Shown here one piece after another: positions 10,133 through 20,174 of a stretch of 64,000 bases of DNA. Position 1 is the stretch's first letter. Each line of letters begins with the position of its first letter. A program made the translations under genes and the position numbers. The notes beneath the pieces were generated by a model, which saw only the letters and a program-made list of their open reading frames with translations, had not been told where the DNA came from and ran no database searches. This stretch comes from an uncultured Chthonomonadaceae bacterium (GTDB taxonomy: Bacteria; Armatimonadota; Chthonomonadetes; Chthonomonadales; Chthonomonadaceae), in assembly GCA_963835065.1 (NCBI GenBank), contig CAWIEK010000050.1:181382-245381 (forward strand), given 5' to 3'.

Positions 10133-11653
10133 ATGGAATCTACCGAAGATTTAACGCCCAGTCAGATTGTTGCCGAACTGGACAAATATATTGTGGGACA
10201 GAAAAACGCCAAGCGGGCGGTTGCCGTCGCGCTGCGCAATCGCTATCGCCGCCGCCTGTTGGGGGAAGATTTGCGGGACGAAGTGATTCCCAAAAATATT
10301 CTGATGATCGGGCCGACAGGTGTGGGCAAAACCGAAATCGCGCGGCGATTGGCGCTGCTGGCCCGCGCGCCGTTTATCAAGGTGGAAGCCACGAAGTTTA
10401 CGGAAGTCGGGTACGTGGGGCGGGACGTGGATTCAATGGTGCGCGATCTGGTTCAGGTCGCTATTCGGCTGGTGGAAACGGAGCGCGTGGCCGAAGTGCA
10501 GGCGGCGGCGGAGGAGCGCGCCACAAGCCGCATCGTCAACATTTTGCAGCCGGAGCGAACGGGAAGCAGCCGCCGGAGGAATGAGGCCGATTCGCCGGAT
10601 ATGGCCGGCAGCCTGCGCGATATGTGGCGGCAGATGTTTCCCAACGCCGGTCCGAACAGCGGGCCGATTGTCGTGGAAGTGAGTCCGGCCCGCGAAATCA
10701 AGCCGGAAACGTCCACCCCGCCCGAAGAGGACGAGGAAGGCAAGGACGCCGCGCGGCGCGAACGCATTCGGGAACGGCTGCGCCCGCAGGTGGCGAGCGG
10801 CGCATTGGACGAGCAGGAAATCGAAATTTCCGTTGAGGAGAATTCGGGCGTGCCGTTCATGCAGGTGTTTTCCAATCAGGGCATGGACGAAATGAACATG
10901 GACATGCAGAACGCGCTGGGTGGCCTGATACCGCGCAAACAGAAAAAGCGCAAAGTCACGGTGGGAGAAGCCAAAAAAATCTTTACGCAGGAAGAAGCGC
11001 AGAATTTGATTGACCGCGACAGCCTGACGCGGGAAGCCATTCAGCGCGCCGAGCAAACCGGCATTATCTTTGTGGACGAGATAGACAAGATCGCGGGCGG
11101 GCGGCAGGGCGCGGGCGGCAGCAGCGGGCCGGACGTGTCCCGCGAGGGCGTACAGCGCGACATTCTGCCGATCATCGAAGGCTCCACCATCAACACAAAA
11201 TACGGGCCGGTGAAAACCGACCATATTTTGTTTATCGCGGCGGGCGCGTTCCACGTTTCCAAGCCGTCCGACCTGATTCCCGAATTGCAGGGACGCCTGC
11301 CCATCCGCGTGGAACTGGAAAACCTGACGGAAGCCGATTTCCAGCGCATTTTGACCGAGCCGCGCAATGCCCTGACCCGTCAGTACGTCGCCCTGCTGGC
11401 AACCGAAGGCATGACCGTCACTTTCACGGACGACGCGATTGCGGAACTGGCGCGGGTTGCGGCGGAAGTGAACCGGCGCAGCGAAAACATCGGCGCGCGC
11501 CGCCTGCACACCATTCTGGAACGCCTGCTGGAAGACGTGTCCTTCGACGCGCCCGACCTGGACGAGAAAACCCTCCACATAGACGCCGCTTACGTCCGCT
11601 CCCGTCTGGACGATATTGTCAAGGACGAGGATTTAAGCCGCTACATTCTTTAA
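10133..11653 (+). CDS. hslU: ATP-dependent protease ATPase subunit HslU (ClpY)
   Basis: [46 protein letters not shown]-terminal DLSRYIL. Confidence 0.97.
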   Translation: MESTEDLTPSQIVAELDKYIVGQKNAKRAVAVALRNRYRRRLLGEDLRDEVIPKNILMIGPTGVGKTEIARRLALLARAPFIKVEATKFTEVGYVGRDVDSMVRDLVQVAIRLVETERVAEVQAAAEERATSRIVNILQPERTGSSRRRNEADSPDMAGSLRDMWRQMFPNAGPNSGPIVVEVSPAREIKPETSTPPEEDEEGKDAARRERIRERLRPQVASGALDEQEIEISVEENSGVPFMQVFSNQGMDEMNMDMQNALGGLIPRKQKKRKVTVGEAKKIFTQEEAQNLIDRDSLTREAIQRAEQTGIIFVDEIDKIAGGRQGAGGSSGPDVSREGVQRDILPIIEGSTINTKYGPVKTDHILFIAAGAFHVSKPSDLIPELQGRLPIRVELENLTEADFQRILTEPRNALTRQYVALLATEGMTVTFTDDAIAELARVAAEVNRRSENIGARRLHTILERLLEDVSFDAPDLDEKTLHIDAAYVRSRLDDIVKDEDLSRYIL

Positions 11654-11664
11654 GCTGTGGTTTA

Positions 11665-12528
11665 TCACTGATTTAAGCGTTCGCCGTAGCGGTAGCGGTC
11701 ACGGACTTTGCGATAGAAGGCGCGGCGGTCAAGGACGATGAGACGGGTCAGGTAGTCGGCGCGGCGGATGAGGATGCGGTCATTCGCCATGAGGGTGAAG
11801 GGGTGGATGTTGTCTACAAGGCACAGGGCGTCGCCGCCGTCCGTATCCAGTTTTACCTCAATCAGTTCATCGCAGGGAACCAGCAGAGGGCGGGCGCTGA
11901 GGGTGTGCGGGCAGAGGGCGGTGATGACCAAGGCCTGCACGGTCGGGCCGACAATGGGGCCGCCGCAGGACAGGGAATAACCCGTAGAGCCTGTTGGCGT
12001 GGACACGATTACGCCGTCGGCGGGAAAGTCGGCAAAGGGGGCGTCGCGCAGAAATGTCTGGAAGTTGAGCAGGTTGGAATGGCTGCCGCGTATCAAAATC
12101 TCGTTCAGCCCGACCTCGAAATACGCGCGTTCCTCATTGCGCCAGATTTCCACCTGCACCATCAGGCGCTCTTCAACGTCCATGTCGCCGTCCAGTATCT
12201 TCTCCAGGCAGGCGTAGAGTTGATCCGGCACGGTGGCGGCCATGAAGCCGAAGCGTCCCATGTGAACGCCTAAAATGGGAACGCCGTGTGGCGCGGCGAT
12301 ATGCGCGGCGGACAGAATGGTTCCATCCCCGCCCAGAGAGACCATAAAATCTACATCCGCCCACGCGCCATCGGCTTCCGCCAGATCGGGACGTTCCAGG
12401 CGGCGCGCGGACTCGGCTTCCAGCACAACCGCAAGGCCCCGCTCCTGAAGCCAGCCGATCACGTCGGCGGCAAATTCCCAGGCTTCTCGTTTGGTGCGAT
12501 GCACAATGATGCCGACGCGACGGTTCAT
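11665..12528 (-). CDS. nadK: NAD kinase
   Basis: GGDGT, LNE and TPTGSTGYSLS motifs. Confidence 0.95.
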   Translation of the reverse strand: MNRRVGIIVHRTKREAWEFAADVIGWLQERGLAVVLEAESARRLERPDLAEADGAWADVDFMVSLGGDGTILSAAHIAAPHGVPILGVHMGRFGFMAATVPDQLYACLEKILDGDMDVEERLMVQVEIWRNEERAYFEVGLNEILIRGSHSNLLNFQTFLRDAPFADFPADGVIVSTPTGSTGYSLSCGGPIVGPTVQALVITALCPHTLSARPLLVPCDELIEVKLDTDGGDALCLVDNIHPFTLMANDRILIRRADYLTRLIVLDRRAFYRKVRDRYRYGERLNQ

Positions 12529-12569
12529 AACAATAGCCTTTGTTGTTTCTCGCTGACTTTGCGAGGCGC

Positions 12570-13751
12570 TTACAATTTCACGCGAATGGGTTTGGACTTT
12601 TTCACGCTCTTGGTAGACTGTCCCATCTGCTTCATCTGCTGCTTTACCAGTTCCTGAACGCTCAGGGGCGTACTCATTTTGCCGAAGTCACTAGAGTTGT
12701 TGACATCCTGATACAGCGTGGCTCCCGTCGGCGGCTTGAACACAAATGTGTCCGGCTCCAATCGGGGCGTCAGGGTGAACGTGTTGTCGCAGGTCAGGCG
12801 GACGTACATCGGTACGCCGGGTGGCGCGATGGGATGCGGGTCTTCAAAACCGGGCGCGACATCGGGCTTGATTTGCCCCGGCGTCTCAGTCGGAGCGACG
12901 GCGGGATGGGGAATCAAATCATCAAGGGGATTGCGCTTGGGCGCGGTCAGTTCATGGACGATGGGCGTGGTTTCCACTACAAGGCGGCGCAGCAAACTCG
13001 TTTCAGGATCAATGTAAAAGCGCAATTCCTGTATTTGCTTGTCCGATTCGGCGCGCAGCAGTACCACGTCGGCGGGTGAGCCGTGTACCGTTCCCACACC
13101 CTCATATTTGACGGCATCGAATTGGCTTTCCACATCGGCAAAGGGCGTTAGTCCCATGAGCATCATCAATTCCAGCGTGGAACTGCCCAGATTGGCGACT
13201 TTTTGGAAATCGCGCAGGCTGCGCGGCGCTTTCGTTTGGGTATACCAGTTCTTGACGGGGTTGTACACGAACAAAATTTTGCCGTCGCTGAGGGTTGTCG
13301 CCGTTTTCGGCGGCGTGTCCGCATCCCCCTCTTCGATCATATCCAGGCGCAAACGATTGCCCGCTACAATCAGCCGAACCGCGCGTCCCGCCGGTTTTTC
13401 CACCGGCATACGCGGAAGTTCATTGCCGATTTTCGATTGCCGATTTTCGATTGCCGATTGCGTTGCTTCTGTTCCCTGTTCCCTGTTCCCTGTTCCCTGT
13501 ACAGGCGTTTGCAGGCTGTAAAAGTCGGTTTGCTGGTCGAAGAAGGTGAGGTGGGCATAGGCGTCGCTCATTTGTTTGAGCAGCAGCAGGGCATGGGAAT
13601 CGTAAGCGGCTTTATGCGTCGCCCGTAATTCGGAAAGCGATTGCGCGCGCAGCGCGTTCGGGACACAAATCAGCGCTGCGCTACAGGCTGTCAGAGGTAA
13701 CAAATTGAACGTGGCATGAAATAACCCGTACTTTTGTTTGCATCTTCGCAT
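12570..13751 (-). CDS. Exported LolA-like / DUF2092-like protein
   Basis: Signal peptide; LKQMSDAY, SDGKILFVYNP, FYIDPET.LLRR and DTFVFKPP.GA pattern typical of LolA-fold proteins. Start uncertain. Confidence 0.6.
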   Translation of the reverse strand: MRRCKQKYGLFHATFNLLPLTACSAALICVPNALRAQSLSELRATHKAAYDSHALLLLKQMSDAYAHLTFFDQQTDFYSLQTPVQGTGNREQGTEATQSAIENRQSKIGNELPRMPVEKPAGRAVRLIVAGNRLRLDMIEEGDADTPPKTATTLSDGKILFVYNPVKNWYTQTKAPRSLRDFQKVANLGSSTLELMMLMGLTPFADVESQFDAVKYEGVGTVHGSPADVVLLRAESDKQIQELRFYIDPETSLLRRLVVETTPIVHELTAPKRNPLDDLIPHPAVAPTETPGQIKPDVAPGFEDPHPIAPPGVPMYVRLTCDNTFTLTPRLEPDTFVFKPPTGATLYQDVNNSSDFGKMSTPLSVQELVKQQMKQMGQSTKSVKKSKPIRVKL

Positions 13752-13769
13752 GGTTCTTACCCTCAACTC

Positions 13770-14354
13770 TCAACTCTCAACTGTATTGACAGTCCAGCGA
13801 ACATCTTCCACGCCGGCCAGCTGATTGGCGGCGCGGGCGAGGACAAACAGCAAATCAGACAGGCGATTCAGATAGCGGATCACATCAGGATTGACGGGAG
13901 CGGTATCGGCTACGGCGCGGGCCAGCGTGATCGTTCGGCGTTCGGCGCGGCGGCAGACGGTACGCGCATGGTGCAGGGAAGCGGCGGAAGCGTGTCCCCC
14001 CGGCAGAATGAAATAGGTGAGAAGTGGCAAAGCGTCTTCGTAATGGTCAATTTGCGCTTCCAAGAACGCGACTTGACCTGTGGATACGCGCTGAATCTGG
14101 ATACGGCCTTTGTTCGCGTCTTTTTCTTCGGGTGTCGCCAGATCGGAGCCGACGCTGAACAGGTCGTTTTGAATATGCTGGAGCAGGCCGTCCATTGCCG
14201 CGTCGGAAACATGGAGGCGAACCACGCCCAGGAGCGCGTTCAGTTCGTCCACCGCGCCATAGGCTTCTACGCGCAGGTCGTCTTTGTCCACGCGCTGCCC
14301 GCCGAACAATCCGGTTTCGCCGTTATCTCCGCTGCGTGTGTAAATGCGCGTCAT
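13770..14354 (-). CDS. pduO: PduO-type ATP:cob(I)alamin adenosyltransferase
   Basis: IYTRSGDNGETGL, GAVDELN, RTVCRRAER and YLNRLSDLLF motifs. Confidence 0.95.
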   Translation of the reverse strand: MTRIYTRSGDNGETGLFGGQRVDKDDLRVEAYGAVDELNALLGVVRLHVSDAAMDGLLQHIQNDLFSVGSDLATPEEKDANKGRIQIQRVSTGQVAFLEAQIDHYEDALPLLTYFILPGGHASAASLHHARTVCRRAERRTITLARAVADTAPVNPDVIRYLNRLSDLLFVLARAANQLAGVEDVRWTVNTVES

Positions 14355-14527
14355 AAGTGTATCAAGAAAAACGTCAATCGTTAAGACGGTTCAAGCCATT
14401 CAAAAACGTTTGCGAAAACGGAATGAATGGCTTGAAGGACAGGTACGGAAACAGCAAAACCCCAACAACCCAGGGAATATGAAACAGAGGGCGAGAAACA
14501 GCAGATAGGAACCCGTGTTCCACAGCC

Positions 14528-14791
14528 TTATTTAGTACGGAAGAAATCGGCGTTGGTCTGGATGTAGCCTTCCCACTGCTTGGGAACGTCGCTGTCGGCA
14601 AAGATGGCCTCGACGGGACATTCCGGTTCGCACAGGCCGCAGTCAATGCACTCTTCGGGATTGATGAACAGCATATCGAAACTTTGGCCGTTCTTTTCCA
14701 CAATGCCTTCGTGGATGCAGTCTACGGGGCAGACGGACACGCACGATTTATCTTTAACGCCAATGCACGGTTCGGTAATCACATACGCCAT
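14528..14791 (-). CDS. Dicluster ferredoxin (FdxA-like, 7Fe/8Fe)
   Basis: CIGVKDKSCVSVCPVDC and CIDCGLCEPECP. Confidence 0.93.
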   Translation of the reverse strand: MAYVITEPCIGVKDKSCVSVCPVDCIHEGIVEKNGQSFDMLFINPEECIDCGLCEPECPVEAIFADSDVPKQWEGYIQTNADFFRTK

Positions 14792-14898
14792 AGTGTGTTC
14801 TCCTGCGACGCGGCTGGTAACGTTTCACAGAGGCAAGAAATCGGGACGGTATTCTTTTCTTTTGCGCAGCCGCGTTCATTCTAAAAGTGTCCTCACTA

Positions 14899-15756
14899 CT
14901 ATACCCCAAACTCGGTTGGTTCGGTTGCCGGAGGCGTGAGAACATCGGCAACTTCTTGTTCCGCCGCTTTGCGGGCGTTATCCGCAGAAATGGATGGCTC
15001 CGGTTCCAGCCCGGCAGAAGTTACCGAGTCAAGTTCCGGCTCTGCTGTTGGCGCGTTTGGCTCCTGTGGAGACGTTTCTGCCGATTTTGAGTGTTTGCGC
15101 GGGGGTGGCGGGTCGGCGGGCGGGTACGGCTTGTTTTCCTGCACGGCTCGCATCAGTACGCCCAAACGTTCCGCGCCCCGCTTCAAGGCTTCGCCGCCTT
15201 TTTGCCCGCCGGTGAGTTCCGCAACCGTGACGGGCGGGCCGAAGCGCACGATCATTTTATGGCGTATCCAGCGCGGCTTGGTTTTGCCATACGGCATGAC
15301 CACATCGGTTCCAATAATGATGGTAGGCACAATGGACACTTTGGCGCGTTCGGCAATCAGCAGCGCGCCGGGCAAAATGGGCTGCAATTGCCCCGTTTCG
15401 CTCAAGCGGCCTTCGGGGAACATCACTACGCACTCGCCCTTTTCCAGCAGTTCCCCGGCGTAGCGCAAAGCCGCGCGATCTGCTGTATACCGCTTCACCG
15501 GAAAGCCGTGCAGCCAGCGTATCAGTGTGCCGATGTACTTCATTTCAAACAGTTCTTCTTTTGCCATGATGTAGCAGGCGCGGGGCAGGGCCACGCCGAT
15601 GGCGGTCGGGTCGCAGTCGCTGATATGGTTGGGCGTGACCATCACGCCGCCTGTCAGGGGAACGTGTTCGCGGCCTTCAAAATAGATACCGCCAAAAATA
15701 AAAAAGGCGATCCGCAGCAATGTCCACATAATGGGGCGCACAATCCAAAACGGCAT
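14899..15756 (-). CDS. plsC: 1-acyl-sn-glycerol-3-phosphate acyltransferase (PlsC family) with low-complexity C-tail
   Basis: NHISDCD (HX4D) and FPEG motifs. Confidence 0.88.
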   Translation of the reverse strand: MPFWIVRPIMWTLLRIAFFIFGGIYFEGREHVPLTGGVMVTPNHISDCDPTAIGVALPRACYIMAKEELFEMKYIGTLIRWLHGFPVKRYTADRAALRYAGELLEKGECVVMFPEGRLSETGQLQPILPGALLIAERAKVSIVPTIIIGTDVVMPYGKTKPRWIRHKMIVRFGPPVTVAELTGGQKGGEALKRGAERLGVLMRAVQENKPYPPADPPPPRKHSKSAETSPQEPNAPTAEPELDSVTSAGLEPEPSISADNARKAAEQEVADVLTPPATEPTEFGV

Positions 15757-15789
15757 GTCAGGCTCCGGGGAGTAGTTGAGGAAGCAGAA

Positions 15790-15850
15790 GATGAACGATG
15801 AACGATGAATAGGATTTTCACTCATCACTCATCATTCATCATTCATCATT
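15790..15850. repeat. Inverted heptamer repeat (ATGAACG)n / (TTCATCA)n
   Basis: Read directly; upstream of plsC. Confidence 0.8.
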
Positions 15851-15957
15851 TTCCCCTGCCTTCATTCTAGCATATCTGCCTGACGAGCGCATGGGGCAAA
15901 AGTCCCAAATTAAAATCGAACACCGGCATGGAAGGCAGGTGTACCTCTGTTGTATCC

Positions 15958-16290
15958 TCAAAGATCAACAAGGGCTGTTTTCATCCGGTCTCGCACTTCC
16001 TGCCAGTCGTTTTCAGATAATTTGCCGATATGCGCGAGGACGTCTGAACGCGGGCATGTATACAGGAAGGAGCGGAAGGCAGAAGGCTGACGCAAACCGG
16101 CGCTTGCCCAATCTTGCAGCAGATAATCGGTTGGTCCGATAGCTGCAGCAACCTGCGTTGTAACCAGCCCTAAAATGTAGTCGGGACGGTTCGCGTGGTA
16201 AACATCGGACGAAAGCACAACCGCAGGTCTGCGTTTGACATTGACCGCGCCGATAAAATTAGCGACAACCACGTCACCGGGCTTGAGCAT
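15958..16290 (-). CDS. PemK/MazF family toxin
   Basis: GDVVVANF...KRRPAVVLS, W..AGL..PS pattern. Confidence 0.88.
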   Translation of the reverse strand: MLKPGDVVVANFIGAVNVKRRPAVVLSSDVYHANRPDYILGLVTTQVAAAIGPTDYLLQDWASAGLRQPSAFRSFLYTCPRSDVLAHIGKLSENDWQEVRDRMKTALVDL

Positions 16291-16537
16291 GAGCAGCATC
16301 CTCCGGCAAAGGGTAATCTTCTTCTTCGGGGTAGATACTATCCAGGTAGCGCGCTGAGTGGGCGGCAGCCTCTTTTACATCTTCCGCTGTCCACGTATCG
16401 CTGTATCCTTCTAACCCTGACGGGGAGGCAGCAGGCAGAAACTGCGCCACATCCTCCAATAACATGGCGGCAAGTCGTAAGCGCAACGCGGGTGACATTT
16501 GCTGTGCAAGCGAATACGTTTCTTCCAGAGTAGGCAT
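16274..16537 (-). CDS. Putative antitoxin
   Basis: Small acidic ORF overlapping the toxin start; GGAG RBS. Confidence 0.65.
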   Translation of the reverse strand: MPTLEETYSLAQQMSPALRLRLAAMLLEDVAQFLPAASPSGLEGYSDTWTAEDVKEAAAHSARYLDSIYPEEEDYPLPEDAAHAQAR

Positions 16538-16779
16538 TGATGGTTTCTCCTGTAATAGTATACACTACAGCATGTCAACTGTACCTGTGCTTTAGTGCCT
16601 GTAAGTTCTTTAACATCCCGCGCGTAGGAACACACCCTGTTTCGCCCGCTGGGAAGTGCTAGATGTCCAGACGCGAAGCAATCACCCCTCACCTTTCCCC
16701 ACACGCCGCTGACAGCAACCATCCAGCAACCCTCCCGCAAAATAATCCAGCAAAAAAGAGCAAAATAAAGTGAAAAAAG

Positions 16780-16808
16780 TGAACCCTTTGCCCCATACAG
16801 CGTCTAAT
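16780..16808 (+). promoter_or_regulatory. Candidate ECF-sigma promoter TGAACC-N15-CGTCTAAT
   Basis: Resembles the GAAC...GTC ECF consensus, preceded by an A-tract. Confidence 0.45.
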
Positions 16809-17178
16809 CGTAAAATACAGATGTCTACTATTTAGGCACTAGATACGCAGGAAGGGAGGTGCAGAGCCTATGTCCCACCCCTCCCGTTCGCCCTGACGCT
16901 TACGAGGTCACGACGCCTCTCTCCTACAATTTGACACAACGAGACATCGGGCTGGAAGCGCTGTATTGCCAAGATTTCGACGATGACTCTACATACTCTT
17001 TTTTCACCTGTCGCTCTGTCCAATACGCTTGCAGGACTTCCCGATTGCAAAGGGTGGGCTTGCCGCTGTCTGGGGAAATTACAGATTTATGAACCTTTAG
17101 GCGCATTGACTCCGACACGGACAACAGGTACAATCGGCAAGTGAAAAGGAAGAGAGCGCTAGAGGGGAGTTACTGCCT

Positions 17179-19010
17179 GTGGTTTGCTGTTTTAACTGGA
17201 AGCGGTTTCGCGCCGCTTGCCCTAAAAAGAAAAGTTCTTTGCGGTTTCCCGGCATCCGGTCTGCTGTGTGCGCGGGATTTTTGCTGTTCGGTTCTCCATT
17301 TGTTTGGGCGCAGGGGTTGCCGGACCTTGCGCGTAACGCCAATCTCGCTATGGGGGCGCAGGGGCGGCTGATGTGGGTGGACGGCACGGCCAATGTCACG
17401 CGGACGAAGGTCGAAAATGGGCAGACGCGGGTTGTGGATTATACGACCACCAGAGAAGGCGTTGCCGAGATCGTGCGGCGGTGCAAGGCGGCGCATATCA
17501 ATACCATTGTCGTGGATGTGAAGCCGCTTTCGGGGCAGGTGCTTGTATCGGAGCAAGACTACGCCGCGCATGACGACGTGGCGCGGGCATCCGGTTCCCG
17601 ACTTCGACGTGCTGGCCGCGTTTATTGAGGAAGGCCACAAAGCGGGCCTGCAAATAGACGCCTGCATCAATACCCTGAGCGAAGGCCACAAGTATTTCAG
17701 CGCGGGACTGGCGTATCAGCATCCCGACTGGCAAAGCGTGGTTTATACCATTGACCGGGGCATGACTATGCCGGGGGGCGCGAGGCTTTCCATTCGCGCA
17801 CCCGGCGAACCCGACGATGCCGCCAAGCCCACGCTGCTCGCGGGCGGCAAATCCATTGTCGCCGACGAGCCGAGCGGCCTGACGGGTTTGGAAGGGCCGG
17901 ATGTGGACGATGAGCCGAGCGGCACAACCGTCGGGCAGCAGATAAACGTCGTTGTGGACGGCAACAGCCGCATCGCGGGCACTGGTGGACAGCGCGCTTT
18001 TGGGCGACGACCCGCTGGTTTCTCCCTCCGGCGGGCGGCTGATTACGGCAACGCGGGACAGTGACCGCGAATGGCTGGGGCGCAATGTAAAGCCCGGACA
18101 AACGGTACGCTTCGACATGCGAACCGGCCTGACGCCCATTGTGCAGGCTCCGAGTGAAAAGGTGTCGTGCTTCGTCAGTCCCCTGCACCCCGACGCGCGC
18201 CGGCACGAACTGGACGTGGTGCGCGAACTCGTCACGGGTTACGATATTGACGGCCTGGTTCTGGATCGCTGCCGTTACAGCAACCTGTACAACGATTTCA
18301 GTGACCGAAGCCGCGCCGCTTTCGAGCAGGCCATCCAAAAGCCTGTTGCGCGCTGGCCGCAGGATGTTTTCGCGTTTTCACCGACACCCGGCGGCGACAT
18401 TATCAAGGGGCCGCTGTACAAGCCCTGGCTGGAATTCCGCGCCCGCGTAATTCGGGATTTTGTGGCGGAAATCGCCCGTACCGCCCGTTCGCTCAAACCC
18501 GGCCTTATCCTCGGAACGTATGTCGGCTCGTGGTATCCCTCCTATTATCAAGTGGGCGTGAATTGGGGCAGCGACAAAACCAATCTGCGCTACTCGTGGT
18601 TTACGCCCGACTATCCGCGCACGGGCTACGCCGAGTTCTTCGACTGGATTTCCACGGGCTGCTATTATCCCGTCGCCACTCGAACGGATGCGCGGCAGGA
18701 AGGGTTGAGCGACCGGGGAACGGTGGAGTACGCGGCGGAACTGTCCAATCAGGCGGTAGCCAACGGCGCGTTCGTGTACCCTGGCGTGTACGTGCCCGAT
18801 TTTGCCAACCGTCCCGAAGTATTTATTCGCGCGCTGGAAGCGGCGGGCAAGCAGGGGCAGGGCTGGATGATCTTCGACCTGTCCTACATTGACCAGTACA
18901 ACTGGTGGCCCCTGCTGGAAAAAGCCTTCAGCAAGGAAGTTCCCACGCCGGACCGTATGCCCGGCGTCCTCAGCGCCGTCCGCAGCGCAATGGACGCGGC
19001 GAAGCAGTAA
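17179..19010 (+). CDS. Exported glycoside hydrolase-like family 10 (GHL10/DUF187-type) protein (apparent frameshifts ~17545 and ~17978)
   Basis: Pieces 17179-, 17543- and 17952- join: INTIVVDVKP.SG, GYDIDGLVLDRCRY, YVGSWY..YY.VGVNW. Confidence 0.8.
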
Positions 19011-19039
19011 GCCCATACCGCGCAGCAAGCGCAGCGCAA

Positions 19040-19081
19040 CGCCCGGAGCGATTCATCACAGTGAGAATCGCTCCGGGCGTT
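19040..19081. terminator. Hairpin between convergent genes
   Basis: acgcccggagcgattc / gaatcgctccgggcgt 16-bp stem. Confidence 0.65.
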
Positions 19082-19102
19082 GATACGACTGGTTTCAGAG
19101 GG

Positions 19103-19582
19103 TTAAAGCCCTTTGACGGCTCCGCTCATCACGACAGTGCCATCCATAAGCCGAACGCTCATCGTGTTGAACCCTGCGGTGATGGATACCGGCGTCGGAT
19201 TGCCAAGCGTGGAAAGCGTTCCCTTGCCCCCAACCACCGTAATCGTTCCGATAACGACGGACGGCAGATTCGCTGTTGAAACATATTCCAGCGTGACCTG
19301 AACCGAAGTTCCATCCGGCGCGTCAACGCCGCTGATGTTGGCGGTGCAGGCTACGGCAGGCGCCGTGTAGTATCCGCCAATGGGAATCACCTGGCCGTCT
19401 CCCTTGGAAGCGCTGCTGTGGCTGGAAACCGCCAGCCCTTTCAGCGCCACACTTCCCTTGAGCGGCCTGTTGCCGCCTGCGCCGCCCCCGCCCGTTCCCC
19501 CGCCCTGCGCCAGAAGGCCACCGGGCGCAAGAAGCAATGCCAACCCACAAACCGCCGCCACAAATCCAAATGCTCGTTTCAT
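19103..19582 (-). CDS. Secreted hypothetical protein
   Basis: Signal peptide, Gly linker, beta-rich domain; GGAG RBS. Confidence 0.7.
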   Translation of the reverse strand: MKRAFGFVAAVCGLALLLAPGGLLAQGGGTGGGGAGGNRPLKGSVALKGLAVSSHSSASKGDGQVIPIGGYYTAPAVACTANISGVDAPDGTSVQVTLEYVSTANLPSVVIGTITVVGGKGTLSTLGNPTPVSITAGFNTMSVRLMDGTVVMSGAVKGL

Positions 19583-19919
19583 GATGTCTCTCCCGAATGA
19601 TGCCGATGCCGATGGGGAGTACCCTATCAGCGCGAAAGTGATAAGTGCTGCTGTTGCTGCATGTTCACGTAAGAGAGGGAGACACTACGCGCCAAAATAC
19701 ATCGGCAACTGAAGTTTTTCAAATCCGCTGACCGATTGGTAGCATTGTTTTCGCGCTGCGAATGGCTGCAGCGGCGCAGAACCCATGAAATTTTTCTGTA
19801 AAGTGTCTGCGTTGTGGAAACGCTTCGCAAACATTAACACTGATATACTGCTTTTGGCTGGTATACTAATTTTGGTTGGATCGGTTCGCGCAGACGCGAG
19901 CCTGGTTTCTTCTGTTCCT

Positions 19920-20013
19920 GCACCGATGCTCCCCACTGGCGACGCCGCCTTTTTGCTCTGACATTTCGGGCTTGCCCGTATGTTTCTTGCGCGAAAGGCG
20001 TCGCTATTTTTAT
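19920..20013 (+). promoter_or_regulatory. Candidate attenuator leader (ANTAR-like hexaloops plus terminator) upstream of the nitrate operon
   Basis: GC-ACCGAT-GC and C-ACTGGC-G loops; GCGACGCC/GGCGTCGC stem followed by TATTTTTAT. Confidence 0.45.
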
Positions 20014-20174
20014 GCAGCACAACCCCAATTCCGTCCTTGCGGAATACGTCCCGGCGTTTCTGTTTCTGACTGCCGCAACACCCCTGGAAACCCTGCCGCG
20101 CGCCCATCCGGCTGCGCCCCGCGTTTTGCAGGGCGCTTCCCCATGTCAACCTCTGGCTGATAAGGAGGCATGAC

